A stretch of DNA of 64,000 bases from an uncultured virus (IMG/VR IMGVR_UViG_3300033153_005459) (lineage: Duplodnaviria; Heunggongvirae; Uroviricota; Caudoviricetes): the IMG/VR virus record IMGVR_UViG_3300033153_005459; one strand, written 5' to 3'. Made by a program: the position numbers and the translations under genes. Under the pieces are notes generated by a model. That model ran no database searches. It saw nothing but the letters and a program-made list of their open reading frames with translations, and was not told where the DNA came from. Shown piece after piece: positions 62,901 through 64,000 of the stretch (its first letter is position 1; each line of letters starts with the position of its first letter).

Positions 62901-64000
62901 ATCAGGCTCAAGGTGCTGGTCTTACTGGCCTGGAGCGCACTATAAACGCTCCTGGTGCTAACCGTGGGTTTGCTGCTGATGCTGGTCTTCTTGGCCAAGA
63001 CGCCACCACCTCCTTCAATGCCTTCGATTTCTCACCCGTTGAGGTTGACATATCTAACCTCACACAGGACAACCTCGATCTTCTGACCGAGGGTCTTACT
63101 GGGAGTCTTGGTCTCGAAGCTCAGAGAATTGCTACTACTTTCTTCGCTTCGATCGGCGAGATTCCCGACGCATTGGCTGAAGAAACCGATCCAGTTGTTC
63201 GTAGAGCCCTTGCCGAAGCTGCGCAGCTTCTAGCGGAAACAGAGGATGCTGCTGTTTTCGATCTTGATCTGATTCGCGCACAGTTTGATACTGGACAGAT
63301 TGGTCTTCCGCAACTGGTCGAAGGACTTCGTAGACAGCTTGCTACCACTAAAGAGATTGCTTTTGCTGGCGAAGGCAACTCTGAAGAACTGGCTAAGGCT
63401 TTGAAGCTTCAGCAGGAGATCCAAGATATAGCGTCTGACTCGCTAACTGCGCAGTTTGAATCATTCGAACGAACGTTGTCGTTCGGCACTGATCAAGAGG
63501 CGATTTCTCCTGAAGCTCAGATCGGTCGTCTGGAAACTCTCATTACTGATCTCCGAGCCGTGGGAGATGAAGCAGGTGCAGCGGAAGCTGCGGATGAAAT
63601 ATTCACATTGCAACAGGAGATCCTCAATACTCTTGGTGATGAGGCTGGAAGCTCACAAGAGGCTATTGCGATTGCTAACCAGGGCTTGGCGGCTAATCCG
63701 ATTGCGTTGTCTGCGGACATTCGCGGCGAGTTGGAGAATCAGCAATCTGCGTTCACTCAGTTCCTTGATGCTTGGTTGGGGGCTGGAATTGATCTAACGG
63801 ATGCCATGAAGGATGACTTGACGGAGAAGATTATAGAGACTGGCAACACCCAGGTGGCTTTGGCGCAGATATTGGCTGACCGAGCATCAGACCTCCAGGC
63901 CGAAGTTCTACAAGCCGCGACTCGTGGCAGGATTGTTACCGATCAGGTAGCGGAACTAGCCGAGATTCGAAGTCGCCAGTTGGATGGTATTCAGTCGACG
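59918..64000 (+). CDS. Tape measure protein (truncated by window end)
   Basis: Absent from the ORF track, consistent with no stop before the window end; MTNVGVNLTLN..., Ala/Gln-rich, FKEGIIDISRETGVSA...; follows the chaperones. Frame spot-checked only. Confidence 0.85.
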   Translation, partial: MTNVGVNLTLNTAQLLSEFNSTVDRMRTKALQAAQLPSVFLPRVNIPAPPPVSAQGFARQAGFQAGGLQRQISLAEHGPGATGAQFGATGRQIRGPLQNQVTDAVRAAGGSDADIALAKKDFETGRLSAAKVTRGKQTQAEIQEALNAESLKQFGVEKELTAATTANVAATKSTANRRLSNVQRQDRDLRQENETLRRGAGVDPRAAVPINAKALTEENNRLIGQAAANRKSTVASSQREALAAAKAANAQEAAAAAPRRRALSGSEREQSRLLARNQGLRETAGSRQFIGPRTAPALNAENEALVREASNLRKLNNAALRTQVGSTQTVSASVQAEVAVQRQINAAKRKNLELESTQQPQLIQARAQTVILQNQQNQQLRRAIQLEARRQGLSIGQRAQLTAQGGGRGGQSGFLAGGLASTLRFAIPAAALFGTIGAVGKLIENGKELELVFNRIDAQFNQLGANAEFGDQFDNEALANFKEGIIDISRETGVSAAVVGDLAESFVGLFVDQGPETGLQLTALAVQLAVITDLEPAEAFNDLGAALRAFVDEGDDVVQIATEISDTVIAVRNATGIAGDELTDFVSRVAALGVEAGGSIQQLTALGAAIQQASGVGGAALAEQFGRILSGFSSGVGVEIFELSKSIGGLDISAADVNGGQAIPVLLALISQYEDLNDAQRTQIRTQLAGRREGATLTALLNNSATALRVLNDELVQGGEAQTEFNRRQQTLSQQMKLLGTTFQELGITLFEAGLSDLLISFVNALDALVTIADATVIPVLEVLADLLGQLPDGFGAAALGATGLALALRGTGVVAAGGLIGQETAVAGTATLSQRVAAGQTARGPDPSGLAFAGRLRDPQGGRLGGRNTLSSTGRIGGSRIAQVGSVVAAALAVGKLFEVLGDLSVQVEQDSTALRAKLASATEETILLALETGSSITEDRGFLERFANNVGIETGDPQAIAQEAFANFASRQGQQLIADIGAASDEALEIFFDQAQGAGLTGLERTINAPGANRGFAADAGLLGQDATTSFNAFDFSPVEVDISNLTQDNLDLLTEGLTGSLGLEAQRIATTFFASIGEIPDALAEETDPVVRRALAEAAQLLAETEDAAVFDLDLIRAQFDTGQIGLPQLVEGLRRQLATTKEIAFAGEGNSEELAKALKLQQEIQDIASDSLTAQFESFERTLSFGTDQEAISPEAQIGRLETLITDLRAVGDEAGAAEAADEIFTLQQEILNTLGDEAGSSQEAIAIANQGLAANPIALSADIRGELENQQSAFTQFLDAWLGAGIDLTDAMKDDLTEKIIETGNTQVALAQILADRASDLQAEVLQAATRGRIVTDQVAELAEIRSRQLDGIQST

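Noticed and set aside
59985..63797. Many short ORFs in the track over the last 4 kb
   Set aside because: They are alternate-frame or antisense shadows of the tape measure gene that starts at 59918 and runs off the window.

Overview
The window is part of a large tailed dsDNA phage genome, probably a siphovirus of an actinobacterial host (inferred from leaderless sigmaA-type promoters, an actinophage-type holin, class II RNR and an actinobacterial-style HTH protein). From left to right: (1) 129-8672 is a co-oriented chain of about 41 short, mostly dissimilar, Trp-rich ORFs. Nearly all end in a conserved (N)W(E)xA/T tail whose DNA (AAYTGGGARnnnGCATGA) also supplies the SD-like sequence and the overlapping start of the next gene. 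The chain runs directly into metF, and about 9 more tailed ORFs are scattered out to 24.9 kb. This is the best candidate for an undescribed system. (2) Nucleotide metabolism and replication genes: NT5C-like nucleotidase, ParB-like protein, phosphoesterase, dCMP deaminase, nrdJ, an iteron-containing initiator, MazG-like and NinG-like proteins. (3) An 8 kb glycosyltransferase/methyltransferase/sulfotransferase cluster beside the packaging genes. (4) A morphogenesis module: terminase, portal, a third sulfotransferase, protease/scaffold, capsid, a block of large accessory virion proteins, connectors, major tail protein, frameshifted chaperones, and a tape measure gene running off the right end. 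A recurrent sigma28-like motif (TCAA-N16-NCCGAT) precedes many late genes. I saw no tRNA, rRNA, CRISPR array, integrase or reverse transcriptase. All calls come from reading motifs by eye; no searches were run.
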